Part shown: positions 10,285 to 20,314 of the stretch, one piece after another
How positions within the stretch are numbered: the stretch's first letter is position 1
How the letters are laid out: every line of letters begins with the position of its first letter
Source of the DNA: an uncultured SAR86 cluster bacterium
Lineage (GTDB): Bacteria; Pseudomonadota; Gammaproteobacteria; Magnimaribacterales; TMED112
Direction of reading: 5' to 3'
DNA: 64,000 bases
NCBI GenBank assembly: GCA_902579195.1
Contig: CACHFV010000001.1
Span: 175,644-239,643 of the forward strand
The notes under the pieces: generated by a model
Seen by the model: only the letters and a program-made list of their open reading frames with translations
Told to the model about the DNA's origin: nothing
The model's database searches: none
Position numbers and translations under genes: made by a program

Positions 10285-11285
10285 ATTTTTATTTCTGCAA
10301 CAACAGGAAAGTGGTCGGACACACCATAAAGACCCTTGGCATTGAAACGTAATGGACTTCCATTATCTCTTGTTTGAATATCAGCTGTAATTATCTCAAC
10401 ACTGTCTTTAGTAAATTTTGAATTTCTATTTTTCTTGAGCATTACTGCATCAAGAAAAGACCATCTATCATCTTGGAAGTAATAGTTTGTGCCTTTGCAT
10501 TCTGCACATTGATCTAAATGCGAAATATACCAAGTCTTATTAAGTTTTCCATATAGATTCGCTTCAGCATCTTCAAGAGAAGTTATATTAAAATCACCAA
10601 GGGCAATGTTTACTCTATCATTTCTTGCTGAAAGCTGATTGAGAGTCGCCAAAGCATCTACCCTCATAAATCTTGGGTTGTAAGGAGCAGGAAAGTGAAC
10701 ATTGAAGATTGAAATTTCCTTATCGCCAACATTAAAAACGCCTTCAAGGATTGGGCGAGTATCGCCTATCTGTTCTTTTGTGCCTCCAGTAAATTTAATA
10801 GGGTGTAACTGAGAGTTGAGGATTTTATATTTTGAAATGAATGCATTATCAATACCACGCTTATCATTCCCCTCTACAAGAGAATAATATTTATAACCAT
10901 GGGGCTCTAGAAGCTCAAAGAGACGTTTGAGAATATTTAAATTTTCTATTTCTTGGAACCCAATTATGTCTGGACCGTGAGCATTAAATGAGAGGATGAC
11001 TTTTGCTGTTGCATTAAGCTTGTAGTTAATTACCTCATCGTTCCAGTCCATTTGTAAGCAATCATCTCTCCATCTTTGATATCTCATTTTATTGCAATTG
11101 TTGATATGCATCTTAGATGTTTTCATTGAAACTGGAAGGTAAGTTTCATCTTCTTTGTTGGGATCATCTAGATTGTCAAACATATTTTCGACATTAAATG
11201 TCATAACGGTAAATGTCTTGGCAGCCAAGTTATCAGCTGAAAGCAATGCAAAAAATATGACAAATGTTTTTAGCAGGTTACTCAT
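10278..11285 (-). CDS. Secreted endonuclease/exonuclease/phosphatase (EEP) family protein
   Basis: Signal-peptide-like N-terminus; MTFNVENMFD, DIIGFQEIEN, GDFN, SDHFPV motifs. Confidence 0.85.
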   Translation of the reverse strand: MSNLLKTFVIFFALLSADNLAAKTFTVMTFNVENMFDNLDDPNKEDETYLPVSMKTSKMHINNCNKMRYQRWRDDCLQMDWNDEVINYKLNATAKVILSFNAHGPDIIGFQEIENLNILKRLFELLEPHGYKYYSLVEGNDKRGIDNAFISKYKILNSQLHPIKFTGGTKEQIGDTRPILEGVFNVGDKEISIFNVHFPAPYNPRFMRVDALATLNQLSARNDRVNIALGDFNITSLEDAEANLYGKLNKTWYISHLDQCAECKGTNYYFQDDRWSFLDAVMLKKNRNSKFTKDSVEIITADIQTRDNGSPLRFNAKGLYGVSDHFPVVAEIKIY

Positions 11286-11517
11286 GTTCTATTTTCCATT
11301 CTGTTATTGTATCTGATCTTATATCACGCCATGCATTCTTATCTAATGACCAAACCATTATGGTATCGCTTGAAGAATCAACATTTAGTGGATTAGTAAC
11401 ATTTGGAATTAGTTCAGGGTTAAGGGTTGATGGCATTACGCGAATTTCACCTGAATCTATCTTTCTAAATGAAATGATTACAACCCCTTTTTTAAGCGCT
11501 TCAATAAGTTTATTCAT
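11278..11517 (-). CDS. Small SH3/Sm-like beta-barrel protein (WYL_2/DUF2693-like)
   Basis: LKKGVVIISFRKIDSGEIRVMPSTL ... VWSLDKNAWRDIR pattern; start set at ATG 11517. Confidence 0.7.
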   Translation of the reverse strand: MNKLIEALKKGVVIISFRKIDSGEIRVMPSTLNPELIPNVTNPLNVDSSSDTIMVWSLDKNAWRDIRSDTITEWKIEHE

Positions 11518-12253
11518 GATAATCAAACATAATACCAGTTTCAGTACAGTTATCAGAGAGCAACCAAAGATAATCAGATGAAATTTCAGCAGGTGTTTTT
11601 AGAGATGCTGGATCTTCAGCAGGAAATGCTTGTGCTCGCATGTTTGTTCTTGTTGGACCAGGATTGTAAGAATTTATTCGCATATCATTTTCATATTCAT
11701 CAGCAAGGCATTGCATAAGGCCTTCAACAGCAAATTTAGATATGGAATAACTTGTCCAAAAAGCTCTTCCTTTTCTTCCAACACCAGAAGAAGTAAAAAC
11801 TACAGATGGATCATCTGATTGAAAAAGTAGGGGCAATAAAAGCTGAGTTAAAAGAAAGTTACTTTCAAAATTTATTTCCATTACGGATTTAAGTTGTTGT
11901 AAAGAGGTATTTATCAGCGGTGATAAGTAACCAAGCACACCTGCGATATGAGCAACACCATCAATACGATCAAAGTTTTCATATAAGCTATCAGCCAATT
12001 GCTTATAGTCTTTTTCTTTAGCTTTAGTGAAGTCAAATTCTACAACAAGGGGTTCGATATTATTGTTTTGGACTATTTCATCTTGCAAGGCATACAATTT
12101 GTGAACATCTTTTGATAACAAAATAAGATTAGCACCTGCTTTTGCAGCATCAAGAGCAACTTGTTTTCCAATGCCTGAACCTGCACCAGTAACCAGTATG
12201 TTTTTACCTTTCAAGGTATCAGTATGGAACTCAAAATTTGGAACTTTCTTCAT
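11510..12253 (-). CDS. yciK: YciK-family short-chain dehydrogenase/reductase
   Basis: TGAGSGIG, FTSSGVGRKGRAFWTSYSISKF, NPGPTRTNMRAQAFPAEDP; ubiG-gph-yciK synteny. Confidence 0.88.
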   Translation of the reverse strand: MKKVPNFEFHTDTLKGKNILVTGAGSGIGKQVALDAAKAGANLILLSKDVHKLYALQDEIVQNNNIEPLVVEFDFTKAKEKDYKQLADSLYENFDRIDGVAHIAGVLGYLSPLINTSLQQLKSVMEINFESNFLLTQLLLPLLFQSDDPSVVFTSSGVGRKGRAFWTSYSISKFAVEGLMQCLADEYENDMRINSYNPGPTRTNMRAQAFPAEDPASLKTPAEISSDYLWLLSDNCTETGIMFDYHE

Positions 12254-12897
12254 AAAATTTCAATAATGTCAGCAATTTTATCAACTAAGAAATCAGCCTT
12301 CCAAAATTCAGGAGGTTTTTCGTAGTATCCATAAGTGCACCCAATTGTTTTAAGGCCAGCATTTATGCCTGTTTGAATATCTCTTTCATGATCACCAACG
12401 TAAAACGAGCTTTCTGGACAACCATTTAGTATTTCTAATGCTTTATAAATTCCTTCAGGACTTGGTTTTGCCTTTTTCAAAGAATCAGGACAGATCACAG
12501 CATTTGTCATTTTATCCCAATCCAACTTCTTAATGATAGGGAGGGTATATTGTTCAGGCTTGTTTGTCACAATCCCCCATGGAATTTCTTTACTAGCTAA
12601 AAACTCGATAAGTTCTTTAGCTCCATCATATAAAACTAAATCGTTTGTAAAAACGTCTTGATATATATTTAAAAATTTAGATTTTAAGTGATCAATATCA
12701 TTTTGACCTCTATCTGGAAAACAATTTTGCAGTATTAAAGTTGCCCCACGGGAAGAAAATTCGCGCACTGGTTCAAAATCCACCAAAGGCTCGCCCTCAA
12801 TTTCTTTAAGCTGATTCACAATTTTATGGAAAGTTAAACCAGAATGTAAAAGAGTGCCATCCAGATCGAATAGGACTGATTTATTTTTTTGTTGCAT
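12250..12897 (-). CDS. gph: HAD-IA phosphatase (phosphoglycolate phosphatase / MupP-like)
   Basis: FDLDGTL, WGIVTNKP, KPSPEG, YVGDHERDI; lies between ubiG and yciK as in pseudomonads. Confidence 0.8.
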   Translation of the reverse strand: MQQKNKSVLFDLDGTLLHSGLTFHKIVNQLKEIEGEPLVDFEPVREFSSRGATLILQNCFPDRGQNDIDHLKSKFLNIYQDVFTNDLVLYDGAKELIEFLASKEIPWGIVTNKPEQYTLPIIKKLDWDKMTNAVICPDSLKKAKPSPEGIYKALEILNGCPESSFYVGDHERDIQTGINAGLKTIGCTYGYYEKPPEFWKADFLVDKIADIIEIL

Positions 12898-13573
12898 GAA
12901 TTATGTAGTTTACTGACGAATCATCGGTTAATTTAACGATGTCAAAAAGTGGCAGATACGACATGCCTCTTACTTCTTCAAAACTAAGCGATGCATCATC
13001 TATGTATTTCTTTAACTCTGAAGGTTTGATTAATTTATCGTAATCATGGGTTCCTTGAGGAAGGATATTCAAGATATATTCTGCGCCTAGGATAGCAAAA
13101 ACAAAGGACTTAAGGTTTCTATTAATCGTGGAAAAGAATATATGGCCACCATCTTTAGTGAGCTTGGCACAATCCTTAACTATTTCCGCTGGGTCAGGAA
13201 CATGTTCAAGCATTTCTAAGCAAGTAACAACATCATATCGTTCGCCCTCTTGTGCAAGTTCACCTGAGCTTATCTTGCGATAGTTAATGCCTAATTGAGA
13301 TTTTGTTTCCCTAATTCTGGCTACACTTAAAGGCCCATCGGCAAGATCTATTGCAGTGACGTTGGCACCTTTTTTAGCTAGAGCCTCTGAAAGTATTCCG
13401 CCACCACATCCGATATCAAGCACCTTTGAATCTCTTAAAGCAATTTTTTTCTCAATATACTCTGCTCTAAGCGGGTTAATGAGATGCAACGGTTTAAATT
13501 TACCATTAGGATCCCACCACTGATCAGCAAGTTCAGTAAATTTATCTAATTCTAATTGATCAAAATTTTCCAT
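12881..13573 (-). CDS. ubiG: Ubiquinone biosynthesis O-methyltransferase
   Basis: WWDPNGKFKPLHLINPLR, VLDIGCGGGILSE, CLEMLEHVPDP. Confidence 0.96.
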   Translation of the reverse strand: MENFDQLELDKFTELADQWWDPNGKFKPLHLINPLRAEYIEKKIALRDSKVLDIGCGGGILSEALAKKGANVTAIDLADGPLSVARIRETKSQLGINYRKISSGELAQEGERYDVVTCLEMLEHVPDPAEIVKDCAKLTKDGGHIFFSTINRNLKSFVFAILGAEYILNILPQGTHDYDKLIKPSELKKYIDDASLSFEEVRGMSYLPLFDIVKLTDDSSVNYIIHATKK

Positions 13574-13580
13574 CAGTTAA

Positions 13581-13616
13581 AGTATATCTTTAGAACGTAT
13601 TTATTGTGTTTAAAAT
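13581..13616. promoter_or_regulatory. Divergent promoter pair in a 49-bp gap: TATACT (minus, 7 nt before the ubiG ATG) and TAAAAT (plus, 6 nt before the pntA ATG)
   Basis: Both hexamers read directly at 13581-13586 and 13611-13616; no SD between hexamer and start codon. Confidence 0.5.
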
Positions 13617-13622
13617 AAAATT

Positions 13623-14741
13623 ATGATTTTAGGGGCCATTTCACCAAAAAGCGACAAAGATCGCAGATCAACCTTACACCCAAACAGCATAAAACCATTA
13701 AAAGATATGGGTATAGAAATATTTTTTGAAAGAGGTTTAGGAGAAGGCATTGATGTAAGTGACGAAGAAATGCAAAAAAATGGCGCACTACCTGCAAGCA
13801 GGGAAGATTGTCTATCACGTTCCGATGTTATTTTTTCATCTGAACCAATTTCTTCAGACGAAATTGCAAGAATTAAAAAAAATGCTTTAGTTGTTGGATT
13901 GCTTGAACCATTTTCAGAAAAAGAACGGCTTCATAATTTTGCTAAAGCAAATGTTTCTGCATTAAGCATGGAGTTTATTCCGAGAATAACAAGGGCTCAA
14001 AAAATGGATGTGCTTAGCAGTCAGTCAAACTTAGCCGGATACGTTTCAGTCATAGAGTCAGCTAAACATCTTAAATCAGCATTATCAATGATGATGACAG
14101 CTGCGGGAACATTAAAGCCTGCAACAGTATTTGTTATAGGGGTCGGAGTAGCTGGTCTTCAAGCAATAGCAACAGCAAAAAGGCTTGGAGCAAAAGTAGA
14201 AGCTTTTGATACTCGTCCTGTTGTGGAAGAACAAGTTAAATCCCTAGGCGCCAAGTTTGTGAAAATTGATCTTGGTGATACAGGACAAACTGAGCAAGGG
14301 TACGCGCAAGAATTGACGGAAGAGCAAATAAAAAAACAAAAAGATTTGCAAAGTGAAGTCTGCTCTAATTCAGATATTGTCATTACAACGGCACAGCTCT
14401 TTGGAAGGCCTGCGCCACGATTAATAGATAGCGCTACGATAAAAAAAATGAAACCAGGAAGTGTAATTTTTGATATGGCTGTTGAGAGTGGTGGAAATGT
14501 TGAAGGATCAGTGCCTGATGAAATAGTAGAAACAAATGGTGTGAAAATAATTGGCTTAACCAACTTGGCTTCGTATGTTGCAGATCATGCTTCATATGCT
14601 TTAAGTAATAACTTAGTTAATTTCATTACTGATTTTTATGACCAAGAAAAAAAATCAATGAATTTAGATATGTCAGATGAAATAATTAGCTCGGCACTAT
14701 TAGTGCAGAATGGAGAGGTCATTAAGGAGATGTTTAAGTAA
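13623..14741 (+). CDS. pntA: NAD(P) transhydrogenase subunit alpha, part 1 (dI)
   Basis: PRITRAQKMDVLSSQSNLAGY, GVGVAGLQAIATAKRLGA, DIVITTAQLFGRPAP. Confidence 0.95.
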   Translation: MILGAISPKSDKDRRSTLHPNSIKPLKDMGIEIFFERGLGEGIDVSDEEMQKNGALPASREDCLSRSDVIFSSEPISSDEIARIKKNALVVGLLEPFSEKERLHNFAKANVSALSMEFIPRITRAQKMDVLSSQSNLAGYVSVIESAKHLKSALSMMMTAAGTLKPATVFVIGVGVAGLQAIATAKRLGAKVEAFDTRPVVEEQVKSLGAKFVKIDLGDTGQTEQGYAQELTEEQIKKQKDLQSEVCSNSDIVITTAQLFGRPAPRLIDSATIKKMKPGSVIFDMAVESGGNVEGSVPDEIVETNGVKIIGLTNLASYVADHASYALSNNLVNFITDFYDQEKKSMNLDMSDEIISSALLVQNGEVIKEMFK

Positions 14742-15013
14742 TGGAAATATATCTGCTTTTATTTTTTATTTTAATATTGGCAATTTTTTTAGGGTTGGAG
14801 TTAATCTCAAAAATACCTAGCACCCTACACACTCCTTTAATGTCAGGAGCAAACGCTATTAGTGGCATAACATTGGTTGGTGCTTTGACATTGCAGACTG
14901 ATGGTACCTTGCAAATGGTTTTAGCTTTTTGCGCAATTGCATTCGCGTCGATAAATGTTTTTGGCGGTTATTTAGTGACGAACAGAATGTTAAAAATGTT
15001 TAAAAAGAAATGA
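14741..15013 (+). CDS. pntA: NAD(P) transhydrogenase subunit alpha, part 2 (membrane)
   Basis: LHTPLMSGANAISGI, NVFGGYLVTNRMLKMF. Confidence 0.94.
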   Translation: MEIYLLLFFILILAIFLGLELISKIPSTLHTPLMSGANAISGITLVGALTLQTDGTLQMVLAFCAIAFASINVFGGYLVTNRMLKMFKKK

Positions 15014-16407
15014 TGGATTTTGATTTCACAATGCTACAACAGATAGGCTACATAGCTTCTGCAATTCTTTTTATTTATGGATTGAAGATGCTTTCTAGTG
15101 AATCATCGGCAGCCAAAGGGAATATAGTTTCTTCCTTTGGTATGTTGTTAGCTATTTTGGTTACCCTAATTGATGTAATTAATCCTTTGCTGATGTTAAG
15201 CGCTATATTGGTTGGTGGTTCAATAGGTGCAATCTTTGCTTTGCGAGTGAAAATGACATCGATACCAGAAATGGTGGCATTATTTAATGGTTTTGGAGGA
15301 TTGTCATCATATTTCTTAGCTTGGTCAGAGTTTAATAACCAAACTGAAATTTCATTAGTAGTGACCCTTACCTACTTAACAATATTTATTGGCGGGATAA
15401 CTTTTTCAGGGAGTTTAATCGCATTCTTTAAGTTATCTGAAGTTTTAAAGAATACAAGCAACTTTGTTAACTCTGCTTCAAGATGGATGTTAATTTTTGG
15501 ATGTTCATTTGCACTGCTATGCATTTTACAGATAGTTCTTAACGTATCAGGTTTGCTGATACTTGAGATGGATTTAATAAGAATAATTTTTGTCTGCTTT
15601 TTAATTGCTTCATTAATTACTGGCCTTGCATTTGTTTTACCAATTGGTGGTGGTGATATGCCAGTAGTCATATCCTTGCTGAACTCATTATCAGGTATTG
15701 CTGCAGCACTAGCAGGTATTATCATCACTAATACTGCACTAATCGTTGCAGGTTGTCTGGTTGGAGCTTCAGGTTTAGTCCTTACTCTAATAATGGCCAA
15801 ATCAATGAACAGAACTCTCTATAATATTTTCTTCGTTGGATATGCAGCAAGCGGTAGCTCTGATGCAGAAATTGAGGGGGAAATTAAACCAATTACAGCG
15901 GAAGATGCATTTCTTGTTATTGAAGCAGCTAGATCTGTATTAATTGTTCCTGGATACGGAATGGCAGTTGCTCAAGCGCAGCATGTCGTTAAAGAACTTG
16001 GAGATTTGCTTGAAAATAATGATTGCGAAGTCAGCTATGGGATTCACCCAGTTGCTGGAAGGATGCCAGGTCATATGAATGTGCTCCTTGCTGAAGCAAA
16101 TGTCTCTTATGACAATCTACTTGAGCCTAAAGATATTAACCCAAAGATGGAGATTGTTGATGTGGCAATTGTGATTGGAGCAAACGATGTTGTTAATCCT
16201 TCAGCTACCGAGCATCCTGGTAGTCCAATATATGGAATGCCAATTCTGGAAGTTTATAAAGCTAAAACTGTGATGGTTTTGAAGCGTTCAATGTCATCTG
16301 GATTCGCTGGGGTACAAAACCCATTATTCTTTAAAGAAAATTCAAGAATGCTTTTCGGAGATGCCAAAGAAAGTATCTCCAAATTAGTTGCAGAATTTAA
16401 GGAATAA
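15010..16407 (+). CDS. pntB: NAD(P) transhydrogenase subunit beta
   Basis: IGGGDMPVVISLLNS, VPGYGMAVAQAQH, HPVAGRMPGHMNVLLAEA, GANDVVNP. Confidence 0.96.
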   Translation: MMDFDFTMLQQIGYIASAILFIYGLKMLSSESSAAKGNIVSSFGMLLAILVTLIDVINPLLMLSAILVGGSIGAIFALRVKMTSIPEMVALFNGFGGLSSYFLAWSEFNNQTEISLVVTLTYLTIFIGGITFSGSLIAFFKLSEVLKNTSNFVNSASRWMLIFGCSFALLCILQIVLNVSGLLILEMDLIRIIFVCFLIASLITGLAFVLPIGGGDMPVVISLLNSLSGIAAALAGIIITNTALIVAGCLVGASGLVLTLIMAKSMNRTLYNIFFVGYAASGSSDAEIEGEIKPITAEDAFLVIEAARSVLIVPGYGMAVAQAQHVVKELGDLLENNDCEVSYGIHPVAGRMPGHMNVLLAEANVSYDNLLEPKDINPKMEIVDVAIVIGANDVVNPSATEHPGSPIYGMPILEVYKAKTVMVLKRSMSSGFAGVQNPLFFKENSRMLFGDAKESISKLVAEFKE

Positions 16408-16430
16408 TAGGCGATTTCAACAAGTTGCTG

Positions 16431-16439
16431 TGATAAAAT
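16431..16439 (+). promoter_or_regulatory. Putative extended -10 promoter (TGnTAAAAT) 6 nt before the gyrA GTG
   Basis: TGATAAAAT-atttcg-GTG read directly from the sequence. Confidence 0.5.
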
Positions 16440-16445
16440 ATTTCG

Positions 16446-18986
16446 GTGCAAGAGTTTGCTAAAGAAGTCCTTTCTGTTGACATCAAAGATGAGTTAAAAA
16501 AGTCCTATTTGGACTACGCTATGAGCGTGATCATCGGTCGTGCGTTGCCAGATGCAAGAGATGGAATGAAGCCAGTTCATCGAAGAATTCTTTATGCAAT
16601 GCATAAACTTTCCAACACTTACAACAAACCAAATAAAAAGTCCGCTAGAGTCGTTGGCGATGTCATTGGTAAATATCATCCACATGGTGATACTGCTGTG
16701 TATGATGCCATCGTTCGTATGACCCAAAACTTCTCTTTGAGATATCCATTAATACAAGGACAAGGTAATTTTGGAAGCATTGATGGTGATTCAGCTGCTG
16801 CCATGAGATATACCGAAATCAGAATGCAAAAAATTACTGATCAAATCCTTGCTGATATTGAAAAAGAAACTGTTACATATTCACCTAATTATGATGGCAC
16901 TGAAGATATACCTGATGTTCTTCCAACAAGGATACCTAACTTACTTATAAATGGTTCTTCAGGGATCGCGGTTGGAATGGCAACTAATATTCCTCCTCAT
17001 AATCTAACCGAAGTCATCGATGCATGTTTGCATATTCTCGATAATCCTGAAACCACTGTTGATGACTTGTTAAAAATAGTCAAAGGGCCAGATTTTCCAT
17101 TAGGTGGAATTATCACTGGGATCGATGGAATTGAGCAGGCATATAGAACTGGTCAAGGAAAAGTTTATGTAAGAGGAAAGACATCAGTTGAAGAAATAAA
17201 AGGAGGTAAAGAAGCCATCATTATTACCGAGATACCATTTATGGTGAACAAAGCCAGAATGCTTGAACGAATTGCAGAACAAGTCAAAGAGAAAAAACTT
17301 GAAGGAATCGGTGAAATAAGAGATGAATCAGACAAAGATGGTATGAGAGTAGTGATAGAGCTAAAGAAAGGTGAAGTTGCAGAAGTTGTACTTAATAACC
17401 TAATAAAAAATTCACAGCTCGAGCAGGTTTTTGGTATTAATAATGTTGTGCTGGTGGATGGGAAGCCTCAAATATGTAATCTGGAACAACTGCTAAATAT
17501 ATTTCTTGACCATCGTAAGGATGTAATAACTAATAGATCTCTTTATGAGTTAAGACAAGCAAAAGAAAGAGGGCATATTGTAGAAGGACTGATTGTAGCT
17601 ATTGCAAATATTGATGAAGTGATAGAGATAATTAAGAAATCTGAAAATACAAAAGTTGCAGCGGATAAGCTTTGTGAGCGCAATTGGTCTGCAGCAACAA
17701 TCAAACCACTTCTAGATAAAGTTGCTGATCCAGACATATGCAAACCTGAAGGCTTAGAAGACGGTTTTGGTCTTCAAGGAAAGGACTACAAGTTATCCCT
17801 TGTGCAAGCAAAAGCAATTTTAGAATTGAGGTTAAGCAGATTAACAGCACTTGAAACAGATAAACTAAACGAAGAATATCAAGAACTGGTTGAACAGATC
17901 AAAGCACTACAAGAAATTCTATCTAACAAGGAGCGATTAACTGAAGTTGTCAAAGAAGAGCTTGAAGAAGTCAAAGAAAATTTTGGTGATGAAAGAAGAA
18001 CTGAAATTATCGAAAAACGATTAACAATCGATGACGCTGATTTGATCCCAGAAGAAGAAAGGGTCTTTACTATTTCTAATAATGGTTTTGTCAAAACCCA
18101 GCAGCTTGCTGAATACAGATCACAAAGACGAGGTGGTGTGGGGAAAACAGCTTCCGCTCTTAGAGATGAAGACTTCATTAAACAAGTCTTAGTATTAAAT
18201 ACTCATGTTCAGGTACTTTGCTTCACAACAAAAGGAAAAGTTCATTGGTTAGAGATTTACAAATTACCTGTCATGTCCAGGACTGCAAAAGGCAGACCAA
18301 TTTCAAATGTTTTGCCTTTAGATGAAGATGAGAAAGTAACATCCTTCTTACCAGTAGACGAATATAAGGATGGTCATTTCATAATCATGGCAACACGTAA
18401 TGGTGTTGTGAAAAAGACAGCATTGAAAGCTTTTGAGAAGAGATATGCTCCTGGTTTAAGAGCAATAAATCTTGATGAAGGTGATAAATTAATAGGAACT
18501 ATTATTACAGATGGTAAAGATGAGGTATGTCTCGCATCCGAGTCAGGAAAAGCAATTAGATTTGCAGAGGGTGACGTACGACCAATGGGAAGATCAACAA
18601 GAGGTGTTAGAGGAATGAATATTGGCAAAGAGGATAAAGTAATCTCTGTCATAAAGGTGAATCCAGAATCAAAACTCCTAACACTCAGTGCCAATGGCTA
18701 TGGTAAAAGAACAAATATTTCTGAGTTTAGTGGACAGAAAAGAGGCGGAAAGGGTGTAATTGCTTTAAATACCTCACCAAGGAACGGAAAAATGGTTGCG
18801 GCAGTTCAAGTAGTTGATGGAGACGAAGTAATGCTCATTGGAAACAGAGGGACACTAATCAGAACCCAAGTAGATCAAATAAGCGTTATCGGCAGAAACA
18901 CACAGGGGGTCAAAGTCGTTTCACCTAGAGAGGATGAAAGATTGGTTGACGCCGTAGGCTTTAAAGAAAGTCTAGATGAAGAATAG
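16446..18986 (+). CDS. gyrA: DNA gyrase subunit A
   Basis: [43 protein letters not shown], GyrA-box-like QRRGGVG, C-terminal pinwheel repeats. Confidence 0.98.
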   Translation: MQEFAKEVLSVDIKDELKKSYLDYAMSVIIGRALPDARDGMKPVHRRILYAMHKLSNTYNKPNKKSARVVGDVIGKYHPHGDTAVYDAIVRMTQNFSLRYPLIQGQGNFGSIDGDSAAAMRYTEIRMQKITDQILADIEKETVTYSPNYDGTEDIPDVLPTRIPNLLINGSSGIAVGMATNIPPHNLTEVIDACLHILDNPETTVDDLLKIVKGPDFPLGGIITGIDGIEQAYRTGQGKVYVRGKTSVEEIKGGKEAIIITEIPFMVNKARMLERIAEQVKEKKLEGIGEIRDESDKDGMRVVIELKKGEVAEVVLNNLIKNSQLEQVFGINNVVLVDGKPQICNLEQLLNIFLDHRKDVITNRSLYELRQAKERGHIVEGLIVAIANIDEVIEIIKKSENTKVAADKLCERNWSAATIKPLLDKVADPDICKPEGLEDGFGLQGKDYKLSLVQAKAILELRLSRLTALETDKLNEEYQELVEQIKALQEILSNKERLTEVVKEELEEVKENFGDERRTEIIEKRLTIDDADLIPEEERVFTISNNGFVKTQQLAEYRSQRRGGVGKTASALRDEDFIKQVLVLNTHVQVLCFTTKGKVHWLEIYKLPVMSRTAKGRPISNVLPLDEDEKVTSFLPVDEYKDGHFIIMATRNGVVKKTALKAFEKRYAPGLRAINLDEGDKLIGTIITDGKDEVCLASESGKAIRFAEGDVRPMGRSTRGVRGMNIGKEDKVISVIKVNPESKLLTLSANGYGKRTNISEFSGQKRGGKGVIALNTSPRNGKMVAAVQVVDGDEVMLIGNRGTLIRTQVDQISVIGRNTQGVKVVSPREDERLVDAVGFKESLDEE

Positions 18987-20058
18987 AGTTTTTAATTTTA
19001 GTGCTGGTCCAGCAGCTTTGCCTGAAGATATTCTTTATGAGATAAAAGGCGAGCTTTTAGATTTCAATGGCATAGGCTCTTCTATTATTGAAATAAGTCA
19101 TCGTGATAAGATCTTTATTGAGGTTGCTCAAAAAGCAGAACAGCAAGTTAGAAATCTCTTATCAGTGTCCGATGATTATGATGTTCTTTTCCTGCAGGGA
19201 GGAGCAACCTTACAATTTTCAATGATCCCATTAAATTTTAAACATTTGGGAGCAACGGCTAGTTATGCAGAAGTGGGGTCTTGGTCAGCAAAAGCAATCA
19301 AAGAAGCATCAAAAATTTGTGATTTAAGAATTTGCTCTTCAGCAAAAGCAAATAATTTTACAAACATTGATGACTTCTCAGAATGGAGCGTAGATCAGAG
19401 TGATGCCTATGTTCATTACTGCAAGAATGAAACAATCCAAGGCATTCGTATCACTCAATCGCCAAGCTTTGGAAAACCTGCATTTGTTGATATGTCGTCT
19501 TGTCTTTTCTCTGAAAAAATTGATATTGACCAATATGATTTTATATACGCATGTGCACAAAAAAACTTTGGGCCATCAGGCATTACCTTGGTTATTGCTA
19601 AAAAGGAGCTTCTGGCTCAATCAAGTACAGAGCTTCCTAATATTCTAAAATACGATGCTCATGCGGCACAAAATTCTATGCTCAATACTCCCAATACTTT
19701 TGGATGGTATGTTGCCGGAAAAATGTTTGATTGGTATGAAGCCAATGGTGGCGTCGATAAAATGGAAGAAAGAAGTATCAGCAGAACAAATTCAGTCTAT
19801 GAAGTAATAGATGCGAGTGATTTTTACACTAACCCAGTAAATCCAGAGCAAAGATCAATATGCAATGTTGTTTTCACCATTGATGATCCTGATTTGGAGA
19901 CCAAGTTCATGAGTGAAGCGGCAGAGCATGGACTGCAATATTTAAAAGGGCACAGATCAGTTGGTGGGATGCGAGCAAGTATATATAATGCACTACCAGA
20001 TGATGCGGTTACGACCTTGGTTGAATTTATGAAAGATTTTGAGAAAAAAAATGGATGA
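18976..20058 (+). CDS. serC: Phosphoserine aminotransferase
   Basis: FNFSAGPAALP, CAQKNFGPSG, KGHRSVGGMRASIYNA. Confidence 0.96.
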   Translation: MKNRVFNFSAGPAALPEDILYEIKGELLDFNGIGSSIIEISHRDKIFIEVAQKAEQQVRNLLSVSDDYDVLFLQGGATLQFSMIPLNFKHLGATASYAEVGSWSAKAIKEASKICDLRICSSAKANNFTNIDDFSEWSVDQSDAYVHYCKNETIQGIRITQSPSFGKPAFVDMSSCLFSEKIDIDQYDFIYACAQKNFGPSGITLVIAKKELLAQSSTELPNILKYDAHAAQNSMLNTPNTFGWYVAGKMFDWYEANGGVDKMEERSISRTNSVYEVIDASDFYTNPVNPEQRSICNVVFTIDDPDLETKFMSEAAEHGLQYLKGHRSVGGMRASIYNALPDDAVTTLVEFMKDFEKKNG

Positions 20059-20314
20059 TGAGAAAGCTTTGCTTTTTATTAGAGAGGAAATTGACTCAAT
20101 TGATCAAGAACTGATATCTCTTTTGGAATCAAGACTTAACCTCTCTCTTCAAATTGGAAAATTAAAGAAGAAAATGGACAAAGATCTATATGATGAGGAA
20201 AGAGAAGCAGAAATTTTAAAAAAAATAGATGAGCTAGCTCTCATCTACCCAAAAGAAGACCTTAAATCTATTTTCATGGAAATAATGAAAACCTCACTCA
20301 ATCAGCAAAAATGA
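20051..20314 (+). CDS. Stand-alone chorismate mutase (AroQ type)
   Basis: IREEIDSIDQELISLLESRLNLSLQIGKLK...YDEEREAEIL; occupies the pheA position after serC; start set at ATG 20051. Confidence 0.85.
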   Translation: MDDEKALLFIREEIDSIDQELISLLESRLNLSLQIGKLKKKMDKDLYDEEREAEILKKIDELALIYPKEDLKSIFMEIMKTSLNQQK

